A DNA stretch of 64,000 bases from Macrostomum lignano (Eukaryota). The notes beneath the pieces are model-generated. The model saw nothing but the letters and a program-made list of their open reading frames with translations, was not told the origin of the DNA and made no database searches. The stretch covers positions 1 to 64,000 of the forward strand of contig NIVC01001781.1 of the NCBI GenBank assembly GCA_002269645.1. The letters run 5' to 3'. The translations under genes and the position numbers were made by a program. This document shows, piece after piece, positions 43,900-56,720 of this stretch (position 1 is its first letter; every line of letters begins with the position of its first letter).

Positions 43900-45400
43900 C
43901 CTGATTTGTGACGTTTTCAATATTTTTAATGATTTACTGCGGTCTGCATGGCTGTCACTTTTGACTCCAGCCTGTCCGGGTCAAAGAGGTCTTTCCAGCC
44001 TCCTCCCCACTCGCTCTATTACCTTCTCCTTTGATTTATGGGCTTTTTGCAGTCACCTCATGGCGCCAGGATGTCTAGACAAATGACCTTTATTCGGTTT
44101 TGCTCATGATTTATGACCGCGCCTGTCAACTTCCCGGGGGTCTGAAGGCCACCTGGTGGGATGGGTTTTGGGGTCTTGAGCTCAGCCAATCAGAGTCGAC
44201 CTGACCGCCCCCGGCTCGACCAATCAGAAAATTCGGCACCGATTTTAACAAAGGCTCCCAGCCGATGGGAAAATTCGGCACTCGTTATAACAAATCGGCC
44301 GCGTGAGATCTATAAAAGGCGGCATGTCGGCCCGCGCTCGACAAAGGTGTTCGTTCAGTCCCTGGCAACCTTGGACTCCTTGGGCGGAGGTCTCTCCAAC
44401 GCTCGTCCTTCGGCCGAGGTCACTCTTGATCCCCCTTCCCCCCCCCCCTTGGCAGTTTCGGCTTCACCAGTTAAGTCTCCCCTGATCAGCATCGTCAGTA
44501 CTTCCCGGTCGTGATCTAGGAGCAGCAACAGCAACCGACAAGTGAAGAGTAATGGCGGCACTCGTCAGTTAAGATCAGCATCAGCATCCCGTCCGAGCGC
44601 TTCGGTCTCTGTGGAATCCTTGGCTACCGGCAGATATAGGTCCTCTGATTGGTTGGGTGAGAGGCTTTCTTGACCTGCTTAACTGGGTGCGCCCTTTGTC
44701 TGACCCCTTCCTAGGTAGTCTGATAGGATTTGCACTTTTGTTTACTTGCTTTTGTGTGCCAAACTTGAGGCAGAAGTTTCATTTAATACTAAAAGTAGCC
44801 ATTTGCTCTGACTCAATCTAAGGCGTTTAGGATTGTAGATTAAGTAAGAAAGTTAAATCTATAAGTTAAAGACTTAGTGTTTTCTTTCTTTTTCGCAATG
44901 CCAGCTGAGATGAGTGGCTAGATCTAGGGGCAGAGGTCACAGTGGACCGGAAGCGGCACAGTCCCAGTCAATCAGTCGATCTAAGCAATCATGATAAGCA
45001 TGCAACCTAAGTGCCAGACTGGCGCTTTGGCGCGGTCACAGGCAGTCAAGCGCAAGAACCCCCTGCAAAAGTCCTCTCTGTCCTTGCATGGCCAATGCGA
45101 TCTTAGTCCCAGCAGCGTCCCTTCTATTCGGCTATGACTTCAAGATAGACAGCTAAAAGACACTAGATGGCAGGTAAGTGCAGTGCCCCTCTAGTCGGAA
45201 GTCCGATTTCGATAGCTCCGGTTTGGTGAGCCGGGGCGCATGGACTGGTGGCAGCGGGTTGGTTAATCTGTGGATTAGCTAAATCTCTACCTTTCAAATT
45301 CTCCCTGCTTGTCTCTCGCTGTCTTCTCTTAGCTATAGGACCTTGCTGCTCGCCCACAATCTTGCTACCACGGGGCTGACCATCTGACAGGAGTGAGAGG
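43900..45400 (+). mobile_element. GC-rich LTR-like/promoter-like island
   Basis: Two CCAATCAG boxes (~44184, ~44221), repeated GAAAATTCGGCAC, CTATAAAAGG at ~44309. No coding potential recognised and no convincing PBS. Confidence 0.35.
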
Positions 45401-46100
45401 CCAGAGCTTTAAGTGATTCATTTCTGAGTTCTGAGGCCCGAAGCTTACAGGCTAAAAAAGGCCGAACCCATCAATAACTTAATTACTTATACGTAGCACT
45501 CCTGTCATTCTCCGAGCTTGGTAATTGGTAAATTGATTATTTCAGCTATAGTTTTAAAAGGATCGAGAGCCAATTGTGCCGGGGACCGATTTGGGGGGGG
45601 GGGCGGGGGCGGCCCCACTGCTAGATGTACCACAAGAAACTGAAGTACTTACATGTATTTAGCGACCACGTACATATGTACGTTACAAGCATGTGCAAGA
45701 GCTAGCTTTGCATTCGGACATGCCTTAGTTAGATTTTGGCTTTATTATGCAGGTCTCTGTCAATTTAACTTGAGCGATTTTATATTAAATGTACCACAAT
45801 TGCATGCATATATATACCTGCGCCAAATGCTGCAAAATCTGCAGCATTAGTCATTTGAAACACGCGTAAACACAGAGTGCTATGCAAAAGAAACTACATG
45901 TAGCCTACATGCAGAAAGTTTACATAATTTCCGTCAATCGTAAATTACTCGTATACTCCGTTTACTTAAAAGAATGGTCCAAAAGTTGCATCAAATATTC
46001 AACTTGCGCTGACACCTGTATAAATAACACTAGAAAGATATCAGTTTAAAGCCACCTTCAAATTGCACAGACACTATACGCACTAGTCAAAATCGAAATT

Positions 46101-48125
46101 ATGAATATTTTATCTCCAGTATTCGCCCTCGGAATTCTGCTGTCACTGTCAACTCCAACAGTTCGAGCTGCATCGCTGGTTAACAAAAGTTCAAGCAATG
46201 CCAACACGGTCAGCCTGTTTGAGGATACGAATCCCCCCGCTTCTGTGGCTAAAAGACCCGCCATCGTGAAACCCGTGCTGAAATTTGAGCGAGTCTGCGA
46301 TCCGCTTGTTGGCTACAGTGGATTGTACAGAAGGCACCCTCTAGTGCTGCCTTTGGCAATCAGTTTGTCCAGAAGTTCGAACGCTCCTGCAGACTATGTG
46401 GCAACCGACATCAAGCTGAGCGTTGATGAAGCTCTGAAATCCACCTTGCTTGATGGCAGTGAAAGCTCCACAGTCAAGTTGTTGGTCCAGCTGAAAAGGC
46501 GGCAGCCAGATGAGATAGGAGCAGGACAGCTGGTGTTCCTGTGCAGTGACTTCACCAGATGCCAGTAGTTGAGGGAATCGATCGAAGATGATCCAGAAGA
46601 GCTCTGGCGTTCTATCAGATTTTCTATCGAATTGAAACCCACTGTAGAGCCGTCATCGAACGTCGAATCAAAAGTTATTCGATTTGACAATCTTCGACCT
46701 GTCAATCTGCCAGAGCTGGCCTGCGAGTCCAGATCTGACTGGATTGTATTTCAGAGGCGCGTTGACGGCAATCTTTCCTTCGCTAAGAATTGGGACGCCT
46801 ACGTGAATGGGTTTGGAAATCCTGAATCCAACTACTGGATGGGTGAGTTTGCTAGTTGAAAACTCAATCAGAAGGTGCAGGAGGTGCTTCACGACGTTTC
46901 ACCCTGACACAAGTGTACACCTGGGAATGCATGCAGCAATGAAGAAAAAAACAATTAATTTAATTTCTTTAGCTCGATAAATTTTCAATATCCTGCTTTC
47001 GAGGCGAATACGTTTGCAATTAGGGGGTGTGGCCTAGTGGTTAGGGCGTCGGACTCACGACTTAAAGGTCGTGCGTTCGATTCTAGATCCATCTGGAAAA
47101 ATTTGTGCCCCTGAGCAAGACACTTAACTCTGCATTGCTTCAGTTCACCCAGCTGTAAAATGGGTGCCAGCATTAGCTGGGGTATTTGAGGCCGTGTGTG
47201 GCGACCCCCAGTCCTTGGACTGAACAGCCGTACGTAGCCTTCAGATGCGCCTCGCAATAGCTGAGGCTGAGCACATCTGGCCATTTAGGGCAGGTGTAAT
47301 CAATTACTAATTTTATTATTAGTATTATTATTATACGCGTTTTTGTCTGGGACCTTAGAGTTTGGGTGCTCTCTTTCTTAAGATAGATGTCTAGCGGTCT
47401 AAGGTTCGTACAGCTCTAATCCTGTCGTAAGCTGTTCGTACAGCTCCTTTGTTCACTGTTGGGCACACTCTCGTCATTAATCGTTTGATTAGTTGATCCG
47501 ATAGTACCGGAAGCTAGATAATTAACGTACCATAAAATATTAACTTTATATATGTTAACGTTTTATAGTAGGGGAGAGGGAGAGTGAGTGAGAAAACAAA
47601 AGTAAGGACTAATAGTAACGAGCAACGTAACAACGCTTTATTGAATTCCCTGACTGAAAAACGTCATCCTCAGGTCTTGAACGACTGTTTCAATTGACTG
47701 CCACGGGCAAGAAGAGCAGCTACCATGACACCTCCAGGTGTCGGCTGCGCATTGACCTGCGCGATTTCAATGGCAACAGCTACCGGAGCGAGTACGGCCT
47801 GTTCCAGGTGCTGGATTCCGGTCAGAACTACCGCTTAAGAGTTGGACAGAAGGTGCCAAATTCTCAGATTGATGGGTTCGCTTCGGTGCACAGCGAATCT
47901 CAGTTCAGCACCTACGAGAGGAGCAATGACAGACTGCCTGGGGACTCCTGCTCTCAGCTATACGGCTTCGGCGGCTGGTGGTACAATGCCTGCCACCACG
48001 TCAACCTCAACGGCGCCTACCTGACTAACAGAAACATCACGGACAGTCCGATCTACGCGTCCTTTCGTCGGGATGGAAAATTTGTGCCGGTCATGTTTAC
48101 CGAGATGAAGCTAAAATGCGGCTGA
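46101..48125 (+). CDS. Secreted fibrinogen-related-domain (FReD) protein, 2 exons, with in-frame TAG at 46566-46568
   Basis: Signal peptide. FReD motifs WIVFQRRVDGNLSFAKNWDAYVNGFG...NYWMG|LERLFQLT, LRIDLRDFNG, FSTYERSND, GGWWYNACHHVNLNG. Intron 46843-47673 GT-AG phase 1. Confidence 0.88.
47023..47263 (+). mobile_element. tRNA-headed SINE with CORE-like domain (family B)
   Basis: A box TGGCCTAGTGG, B box GTTCGATTC, then CCCTGAGCAAGACACTTAAC...TTCAGTTCACCCAGCTGTAAAATGGG, resembling the MIR CORE. Second copy at 56482-56720. Confidence 0.85.
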
Positions 48126-48339
48126 GATGATAACCCGCGTATTGACGTTGTGAAACATTTTTAAAACAATTACAAAAACCAATTTATCGATGATTAACTA
48201 AAAAAGACTTTTCAGTTTTTGGAGTGGTCAATATCAAAATATAAATACAAAATGGCACTTAAAGGATTTTTATTTATACAGGAGTTTGGCAACTCTCACT
48301 CAGCTATTAAAAGCTTGTATGCAAGCCTTTGCTTCCTCG

Positions 48340-48830
48340 TGCAGATCTGCCACTCCGCTCACTCAGTCATTGAGAATCTGCCTCTCCGCTCACTCAGTCA
48401 TTGAGTATCTGCCTCTCCGCTCACTCAGTCATTGAGAATCTGCCTCTCCGCTCACTCAGTCATTGAGTATCTGCCTCTCCGCTCACTCAGTCATTGAGAA
48501 TCTGCCTCTCCGCTCACTCAGTCATTGAGAATCTGCCTCTCCGCTCACTCAGTCATTGAGAATCTGCCCCTCCGCTCAACTCAGTCATTGAGAATCTGCC
48601 TCTCCGCTCAACTCAGTCATTGAGAATCTGTCTCTTGCTCACTCAGTCATTGAGAATCTGCCTCTCCGCTCACTCAGTCATTGAGAATCTGCCTCTCCGC
48701 TCACTCAGTCATTGAGAATCTGCCTCTCCGCTCACTCAGTCATTGAGAATCTGCCCCTCCGCTCAACTCAGTCATTGAGAATCTGCCTCTCCGCTCACTC
48801 AGTCATTGAGAATCTGCCTCTCCGCTTTCT
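48340..48830. repeat. 31-bp minisatellite
   Basis: Unit ACTCAGTCATTGAGAATCTGCCTCTCCGCTC. Confidence 0.97.
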
Positions 48831-49449
48831 CAATCATGCATCCATTCATTCACCGAGCTAAATAATAACTATCACCGTGGGATGTGTGTCTTGTGCAGCT
48901 CTTAGTCTACAAAAACAATTATACCACTAAAAACTACTAAAAGACTACTAAAAACTTTCTTATGCCAAGCTGTGCTAGTTTTCCACCTCTTGTATTGAGT
49001 AGCAGAATCACTAAAATTTATTTAATGTACTTTTATTTGTTGCGATTCTAATTGCTTTAATCATAGCATCGAAGTCAATTTTGGCCATAGACAAAGACTT
49101 AGTGCTAGCTTATTGAAATTCAAACCTTCATCTACGCATACGCGGGATGATCCTATTAGTTTAGCCCATAGACCAAACTGCTCTACCGTCGCAAGTTGGA
49201 CAGCCGAGTAACAGCCAATGAGTCCCTACCCTTAGTTTCATAGCTTAATTTCTCTATCTAGATGTCATACGCTCGTATTTTGTTTCTTATAGAACGAGTG
49301 TCAACTCTTAGCTTAATTTATTATTGAATTTGGAAATGCTGTTCTGGTAATCAGACATCCGGCAAGGCGAATATAAACTGAATCAACAGCCAAGATCGTA
49401 AACGGCTGCTAACTGAAGGAATTAAGCTCAACAAACACGCAATTCAGAA

Positions 49450-51519
49450 ATGATAGACCTTGCAGTTATCGTTTTAATTCTCTGCTTCGCCATGGGTCTA
49501 CTTAGTTCATTCCTGTTCACGGTGGCTCTGTACCTTTATCAGATGTCTCGCCCACCTGCCGAGACAGCAGAGACGGCGGCAACGGTTTCACAGAAGCAGC
49601 ACTGCGCTCCGGTTTCGGCCACTTCAAACGTGAAAAAAGCGAAATCAAAAGCTTTGAAGAAAACCGACATCGAAGCCGCTGCTGGCGATGGAGACGCGAT
49701 GAACGATAAACGAACGGATGAAGATGGCAGCACGACCACCACCAGCTACACCAGTTGCGAAAGATGCAGCCAAGGTCTCGTGCCTCAGCGACAGGAACAG
49801 CAGCAGGAGAAACGCAGACAGCAGCAGCAGTTCCTCAGCAGCTGGACGGAGGACACCCCAGCTGGCGGCAGCGCTGGGATTTACACCTGCGAACTGTGCG
49901 GTTCCTGCTGCGCTGGAGATAGTCGAAAGGTGAAAATTGATTTATTGATATACAGATTTTTTTGTCTGAATCAAGTTCGAACAAAATTCTGAAATTTTCG
50001 CAAAATTTTATGCATGTTATTCTGTACGGTATCTCACCTTTCATCTCAGACCTATCGACCCATGGACGCTGGAAGCATTGACGCCGAGTTGTGCATCGAC
50101 AGGTCCTCGGTTCGATTCCGGCGTTGTCGTACCGGAGTCGGAGCCTATTTCTTCAATCAGAACGGCAAAGACCAACAAGCAGCCTGCGGGAATCCCGTGT
50201 CCGCAGTGTCGGCTACATTGTCACTGCCGGCCGAGACAGGTTGCATGTACCACCTTCGTTTCTGCACCACCAATGGAGAATTGCATTCAGCCAAAATCAA
50301 TAAATGCTGCGACTGCCGATCGATACTGTGCTTCGAATTGATTAAAATATTGAAGCAATGCCCAGACGGTGCTAACAACGGCGAGACAATTCTGTTTGTC
50401 AATCGGTTGCGACAGAAGCGCAAAGAGTTCAAACGGTCTTTTGGACAAGTTTCTATCCAAGAAATCGACTCCTGGTTGGTGGCGATTTTAACAGACTCCG
50501 TTTCTAATGAAGCCACCATCGCCTATAGCGGCATGACGAGAAAGTTTGTACAGATTGCCAGACAGCCAGACAGTCAGTTGGTTCTGCAGTTGTGCCTGCA
50601 AGCCCAGCAGACCCAGTGCCTGGAGCCCTACTCCAATATTGTGCAGGACTGCGATGGTAAGACACTCTGTCCTTTACTGCCAGCTTGCAAAAAAAATTTG
50701 GAAACCGTCTACTATGTAGTACAATGTAAAGTTAAGTGTGAAGCAAAGTGTGAAACACGAAGAAAAGCACAGTGTGAAACACGAAGAAAAGCACAGTGTG
50801 AAACACGAAGAAAAGCACAGTGTGAAACATGAAGAAAAGCACAGTGTGAAACACGAAGAAAAGCACAGTGTGAAACACGAAGAAAAGCACAGTGTGAAAC
50901 ACGAAGAAAAGTACAGTGTGAAACACGAAGAAAAGCACAATGTGAAACACGAAGAAAAGCACAGTGTGAAACACGAAGAAAAGCACAATGTGAAACACGA
51001 AGAAAAGCACAGTGTGAAACACGAAGAAAAGCACAGTGTGAAACACGAAGAAAAGCACAGTGTGAAACACGAAGAAAAGCACAGTGTGAAACACGAAGAA
51101 AAGCACAGTGTGAAACACGAAGAAAAGCACAATGTGAAACACGAAGAAAAGTACAGTGTGAAACACGAAGAAAAGCACAGTGTGAAACACGAAGAAAAGC
51201 ACAATGTGAAACACGAAGAAAAGCACAGTGTGAAACACGAAGAAAAGCACAGTGTGAAACACGAAGAAAAGCACAGTAAAAAGCGCAGGTGTAAAGCTCT
51301 GCACGAATTAACACGTGAAGCAACAGTGTAAAAGCCTGCGGGTCTTATCAGACATTAATCCCATAAGCTGGTCGCCCGTTTTTAATTTCGCTCAATGCAG
51401 ATCAATCGGCGCAAGGCGATCTGGGCGTTCGGTCGCCAATTTCAGCCGAGCAGCTGCTCAAAAAGCAGCAACAGCAGCGGCAGCAGCAGCGCCACATTCG
51501 AAGAAAGCGACACCGAATG

Positions 51520-51550
<31 letters not shown>

Positions 51551-52305
51551 TGGCAGCCGCGGCAGGCAGTGACAAAAACAATTGCGAACATGAAGTCGCT
51601 TGGGACGACGGCGCCAGCGAGTGCAGCAATGTAAGCCACCTACACAACCTACCTACTAATGGCAGCTACTAAAAGAGTATTAAGAAAATAATGCAAAGCG
51701 AATACTTCATACAGTGTGCATAAATAAATAACATTAGATCTTCTAATAATCAGATAACAAAGAAAAAGAGCTTCATGCAGAGCCTATCAGTACAATTCAG
51801 CGACTTTACTTTATACAGCATGCTTTAACTCAATAATGCGACAGTCCACTCGTGGTCCAGAGTGTCCACTAGAAAGCATGTACGTAGTCCGCCTTAAGGT
51901 TGGCACTTCGTTTGCATTCGACTAGCCACATGATTCTTTCACTTCCAATTGACTTTCTTAACAACTATATTTCACCTCGAACCCAAACTGCCCTGGCAGA
52001 GCCTTCAAGCCGACACCAAATCAAGTTTAACTGGCGGCGGTCAATCCCCGCTGTCTATGGGCTCAATGCGACGCGCCGTCCGCTGGCCCATCACCCAGAT
52101 GGAGAGCCTGATGGAGACTTCGTCGTCGTCCGCGTCGTCGCCTCGAGCAGATTCGACTGGTCCGAATTTGCCAGCTGGTGACGCGCCAGGAGACGTGGCA
52201 ATTCGTCTGGAAGAAGACGCAGAGCAGCAAGGCGTGGCTCCAGATGAGAATTCAGGTGAATATGGGTTCCTTTCGTTGGGATTGAGTTGGATTAAACTGT
52301 CTTGA
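49450..52305 (+). CDS. Uncharacterised protein with N-terminal transmembrane helix, Cys-rich middle domain and polyQ; 3' end uncertain
   Basis: Exons 49450-49929, 50050-50656, 51401-51630, 52000-(52255 donor or TGA 52305) join in frame through GT-AG introns (phases 0/1/0). No family recognised. Confidence 0.75.
50745..51280. repeat. 24-bp minisatellite in intron 2 of the uncharacterised gene
   Basis: Unit GTGTGAAACACGAAGAAAAGCACA. Confidence 0.98.
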
Positions 52306-52419
52306 TGACTCTCGATTGGGATTGGTGCAGGTTCTTTGAGTTCAGCGATTTCTATTACTCGCCTTTTATTTACTTTGAGTTGGTCTCTGCAAAGCTTGAG
52401 ACAAGCGCGATTCTTTCTC

Positions 52420-52820
52420 TGGGTTGCTCCCAGGGCGATTCTCTCTGGGTCCGATGGCGATTCTCTGGGCTGGGTTGATCCGATGGCGATTCTCTCTGGG
52501 TGGGGTTAGTCCGATGGCGATTCTCTCTGGGCTGGATTGATCCGATGGCGATTCTCTCTGGGTCCGATGGCGATTCTCTCTGGGCTGGGTTGATCCGATG
52601 GCGATTCTCTCTGGGTCCGATGGCGATTCTCTCTGGGCTGGGTTGATCCGATGGCGATTCTCTCTGGGTGGGGTTGACCCTCAGGGCGATTCTCTCTGGG
52701 TGGGGTTGACCCTCAGGGCGATTCTCTCTGGGTGGGGTTGAGCCTCAGGGCGATTCTCTCTGGGCTGGGTTGATCCAAGGGCGATTCTATCTGGGTGGGG
52801 TTGGTCCGATGGCGACTCTA
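52420..52820. repeat. Variable-length (22-32 bp) minisatellite
   Basis: Core GGCGATTCTCTCTGGG with a few recurring linkers. Confidence 0.93.
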
Positions 52821-53514
52821 TTTTAATTACTCTATAAGTTTGCTATAATTCTCTTTAGCATGATGCTGCGCAGTGAATCGTTAAAAATGCAGTGGTATGG
52901 GTTTTGTACCCAACTGTTAACTGCAGTACGTTCGCCATCGGATTTCACTTGCAGCGCTGCCCGCTGACGCACCAGCTCTTCAATTACCTCAATAGCCCAC
53001 GTTCGAACGACTGAACCAATTGCGAACACGAACGGACACGAAATCTGATAAATTCTCTGTGACCTGGCAAATATTGGTAATCTTTCTACTCTGGAAACCG
53101 AGTGCAATTTATTTTCTAGTTAATGTACACGTGACAATTAGGCTTTCAAGGGTGTTGTATTAAGGCCTTTAAGACTAGGACAGGATCTAAAAAGAAGTGT
53201 AGTAATAAATTTTTATCTAGCCATGGACGTACGTGTGCTTCAAGATGTCTTCTGTACTAAAAATATTTCTGACTTCCCTAATTACCTTTAATTGGCGAAA
53301 TAGTGTGATTTTTATGGAACAAAATTTGTAATTTAATTTTTTCACCTTGTTTATGAAATGAGCAATGCCAGATTTTTTCTGACTCCGGTTAAGCATTGCC
53401 AAGGTACGAGTAGAATGTGTCGCTAGTTTCCTAAAAAAGATCTTAGGGAGCATCATTTGATCGCTTATAATTGGGTTATAATATAAATTACTAGCGAGTA
53501 AAGAGGTAAAGAGA

Positions 53515-54035
53515 TGGTGTACATTGCTAGCCAGGAAAGGGGGGAGAGGTGGTACATTGCTAGCCAGGAAAGGGGTAGAGAAGTGGTGTAGTGTACATTG
53601 CTAGCCAGGAAAGGGGTAGAGAAGTGGTGTAGTGTACATTGCTAGCCAGGAAAGGGGTAGAGAAGTGGTGTACATTGCTAGCCAGGAAAGGGATAGAGAA
53701 GTGGTGTACATTGCTAGCCAGGAAAGGGATAGAGAAGTGGTGTACATTGCTAGGCCAGGAAAGGGGCAGAGAAGTGGTGTACATTGCTAGCCAGGAAAGG
53801 GATAGAGAAGTGGTGTACATTGCTAGCCAGGAAAGGGATAGAGAAGTGGTGTACATTGCTAGCCAGGAAAGGGATAGAGAAGTGGTGTACATTGCTAGCC
53901 AGGAAAGGGATAGAGAAGTGGTGTACATTGCTAGCCAGTAAAGGGATAGAGAAGTGGTGTACATTGCTAGCCAGGAAAGGGGCAGAGAAGTTGTGTACAT
54001 TGCTAGCCAGGAAAAGAGGTGAGAGGTGGTTTACA
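53515..54035. repeat. 36-bp minisatellite
   Basis: Unit TACATTGCTAGCCAGGAAAGGGATAGAGAAGTGGTG. Confidence 0.97.
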
Positions 54036-55164
54036 TTCACAGAGATTGGCCATTCATGATTTTGAATAGTTAGAAAATCAAGATCAGACAAACATATCCA
54101 AATTTTTTAGATAGATTCGACCTAAAGCATAGGTGGCATTAAAACTATTGATTTAAAACTGTAATATTATTTTACGGTCGTTTATTAATCTCCATGGATG
54201 CTGGTGACTATACATGTACATGCAATAGAAGGAAGGGGCTTAGGAAATTTCGCTAACACAGTCATCAATCATACAATGGATGAATTGTATTGCTATCACA
54301 TTAATCCAACGAATAATTACATGTAATATGAACTATTCTATAGTGTGAGCGTTAGAAGACCAGATATTGTCTAAAAACGGCATAAAATGGTCGCAAATCT
54401 TTTTTTTTAATTTTTCGACCTTCTTTTTAAGAACAAACCAGCTAGCCAAGCTATTTTCGCTGGTGAATAAGTTATTTTTTCCACTTACGTGTACAGTATT
54501 TTGTTATATTCTGTAAACCAACAACAAGCAACTAGACAACAGATAGCTAAATAACAAACAAGATAAGATAACTGCAATTATCAGAAAGCTACACGTATAC
54601 CTAAACTATCTAAATGTTATTAATGCTATAAAAGTACATTTTATTTTCACTACTGCAATAATCTATTTGGGCACTATACATGTATAACGATGTAACGTAC
54701 CTGCCCGTGTACTGAAGGCATTCGTAAAACAGTAGATAATAAAAGCAGTGATATCTCTTGGTGCGCATTTATAACTACTATCACACAGCAACTATTTTTC
54801 GTTCCAATCCCTGCTAGAAAAGGATGAAAATTTATTTTGCTTTTTGCGTTTCTCTTAATCTTTGGAATCGGATTTGCATTGGCACAATTAAAGCTACATA
54901 TAGATCAGTAGGCAGATATAAGCGTAACGTCTACAATTACCATTGGTTACTATTAATATTGACTCTAGTTTACATTTTCCCATAGGCGTAGGAACGTGGG
55001 ACAGTGGGGCCAATTTAAAAAGTGGGGGGGGCAGCAATGGTATCCAGCCCCTCCACATTTTAAGTACAAAATGTAGACTTTTTGCTTATTTTTTACTCTT
55101 ATTTTTTTGCTGCTTTGCATGAATGCATTTTGCTGCAGGGCGACAAAAAAAGCGCCTGAAGCGC

Positions 55165-56102
55165 TAATGCGTGCCTGCGGCGCTCAAATGAGTGCCTGCG
55201 GCGCTAAAATGAGTGCCTGCGGCGCTCAAATGAGTGCCTGCGGCGCTAAAATGCGTGCCTGCGGCGCTCAAATGAGTGTCTGCGGCGCCAAAATGAGTGC
55301 CTGCGGCGCTAAAATGCGTGCCTGCGGCGCTCAAATGAGTGCCTGCGGCGCTAAAATGCGTGCCTGCGGCGCCAAAATGAGTGCCTGCGGCGCTAAAATG
55401 CGTGCCTGCGGCGCTCAAATGAGTGCCTGCGGCGCTAAAATGCGTGCCTGCGGCGCTCAAATGAGTGTCTGCGGCGCCAAAATGAGTGCCTGCGGCGCTA
55501 AAATGCGTGCCTGCGGCGCTCAAATGAGTGCCTGCGGCGCTAAAATGCGTGCCTGCGGCGCCAAAATGAGTGCCTGCGGCGCTAAAATGAGTGCCTGCGG
55601 CGCCAAAATGAGTGCCTGCGGCGCCAAAATGAGTGCCTGCGGCGCTAAAATGAGTGCCTGCGGCGCTAAAATGAGTTCCTGCGGCGCCAAAATGAGTGCC
55701 TGCGGCGCCAAAATGAGTGCCTGCGGCGCCAAAATGAGTGCCTGCGGCGCTAAAATGAGTTCCTGCGGCGCCAAAATGAGTGCCTGCGGCGCTAAAATGC
55801 GTGCCTGCGGCGCCAAAATGAGTGCCTGCAGCGCTAAAATGGGTGCCTGCGGCGCTAAAATGAGTTCCTGCGGCGCCAAAATGAGTGCCTGCGGCGCTAA
55901 AATGAGTTCCTGCGGCGCCAAAATGAGTTCCTGCGGCGCCAAAATGAGTGCCTGCGGCGCTAAAATGAGTTCCTGCGGCGCCAAAATGAGTTCCTGCGGC
56001 GCCAAAATGAGTTCCTGCGGCGCCAAAATGAGTGCCTGCGGCGCTAAAATGAGTGCCTGCGGCGCCAAAATGAGTGCTTGCGGCGCTAAAATGAGTGCCT
56101 GC
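55165..56102. repeat. 21-bp minisatellite (~44 units)
   Basis: Unit GCGGCGCTAAAATGAGTGCCT. Confidence 0.98.
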
Positions 56103-56481
56103 AATCCAATGCCAGTACTTGATACATGTAAGCAGTCTGCATAATGGACTGCTGATGACAGAAGAGCGAGAATATAATGTCCGTCAGTCAAGCTAATAAA
56201 TAAATACGACATTTTATATAAGGGTGGATTTTCGTAGATTTTCGATTTGGCTTGCTTGCACCCTGAAGCGAGAGCGCCAGCGAAAGAAGAAATAAAAAAG
56301 CCGATGAAACACCCAGTTCGCGCCTGTCCTCGCCGTTAGGGTGGCTGCAGCGTCAGCAGCAGCACCTCTTGCTCTGAATGTGAGCAGTACGACTCGGCGC
56401 GGATGATGCGGCCCATGTCATCAGGCCAGTGGCGCGTCGGTGACTCCAGTTGGATCAGATGTGCAACCGACAGCTCAGCCG

Positions 56482-56720
56482 CAGCTATTGCGCGGCGCAT
56501 CTGAAGGCTGCGTACGGCTGTTCAGTCCAAGGGCTGGAGTGTCGCAACACACCCTCAATTACCCCAGCTAATGCTGGCACCCATTTTACAGCTGGGGTGA
56601 ACTGAAGCAATGCAGAGTTAAGTGTCTTGCTCAGGGGCACAAATTGTTCCAGTGGGATCGGGATCGAACCCCCGACCTTCAAGTCGTGAGTCTGACGCTC
56701 TAACCACTTAGCTACAACCC
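56482..56720 (-). mobile_element. tRNA-headed CORE-like SINE (family B), second copy
   Basis: Reverse complement of 47023-47263 (CCCATTTTACAGCTGGG, TTAAGTGTCTTGCTCAGGGGCACAAAT). Confidence 0.85.

Noticed and set aside
45355-45370. Minus-strand TGGTAGCA as a tRNA-iMet PBS
   Set aside because: Only 8 nt match, not preceded by an LTR CA end, and opposite to the TATA orientation.
47023-47095. tRNA gene at the SINE head (also 56650-56720)
   Set aside because: No proper acceptor stem; it continues into a shared SINE body.
50674-51331. Long repeat ORFs on both strands (CETRRKAQ, KHEEKHSV)
   Set aside because: A 24-bp stop-free unit; the exon ends at the GT donor at 50657 and resumes at 51401.
52420-52820. 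CRISPR-like repeat-spacer appearance
   Set aside because: The linkers are short, related and recurrent rather than unique spacers; eukaryotic context with no cas genes.
55107-56212. 345-aa MSACGAK-repeat ORF (and 53560-54091 ORFs)
   Set aside because: Unit lengths divisible by 3 give open frames on both strands; no signal peptide, splice or domain support.
56240-56480. Possible last exon of the orphan gene at 49450
   Set aside because: Several acceptors and frames are equally plausible, with no homology to choose among them.
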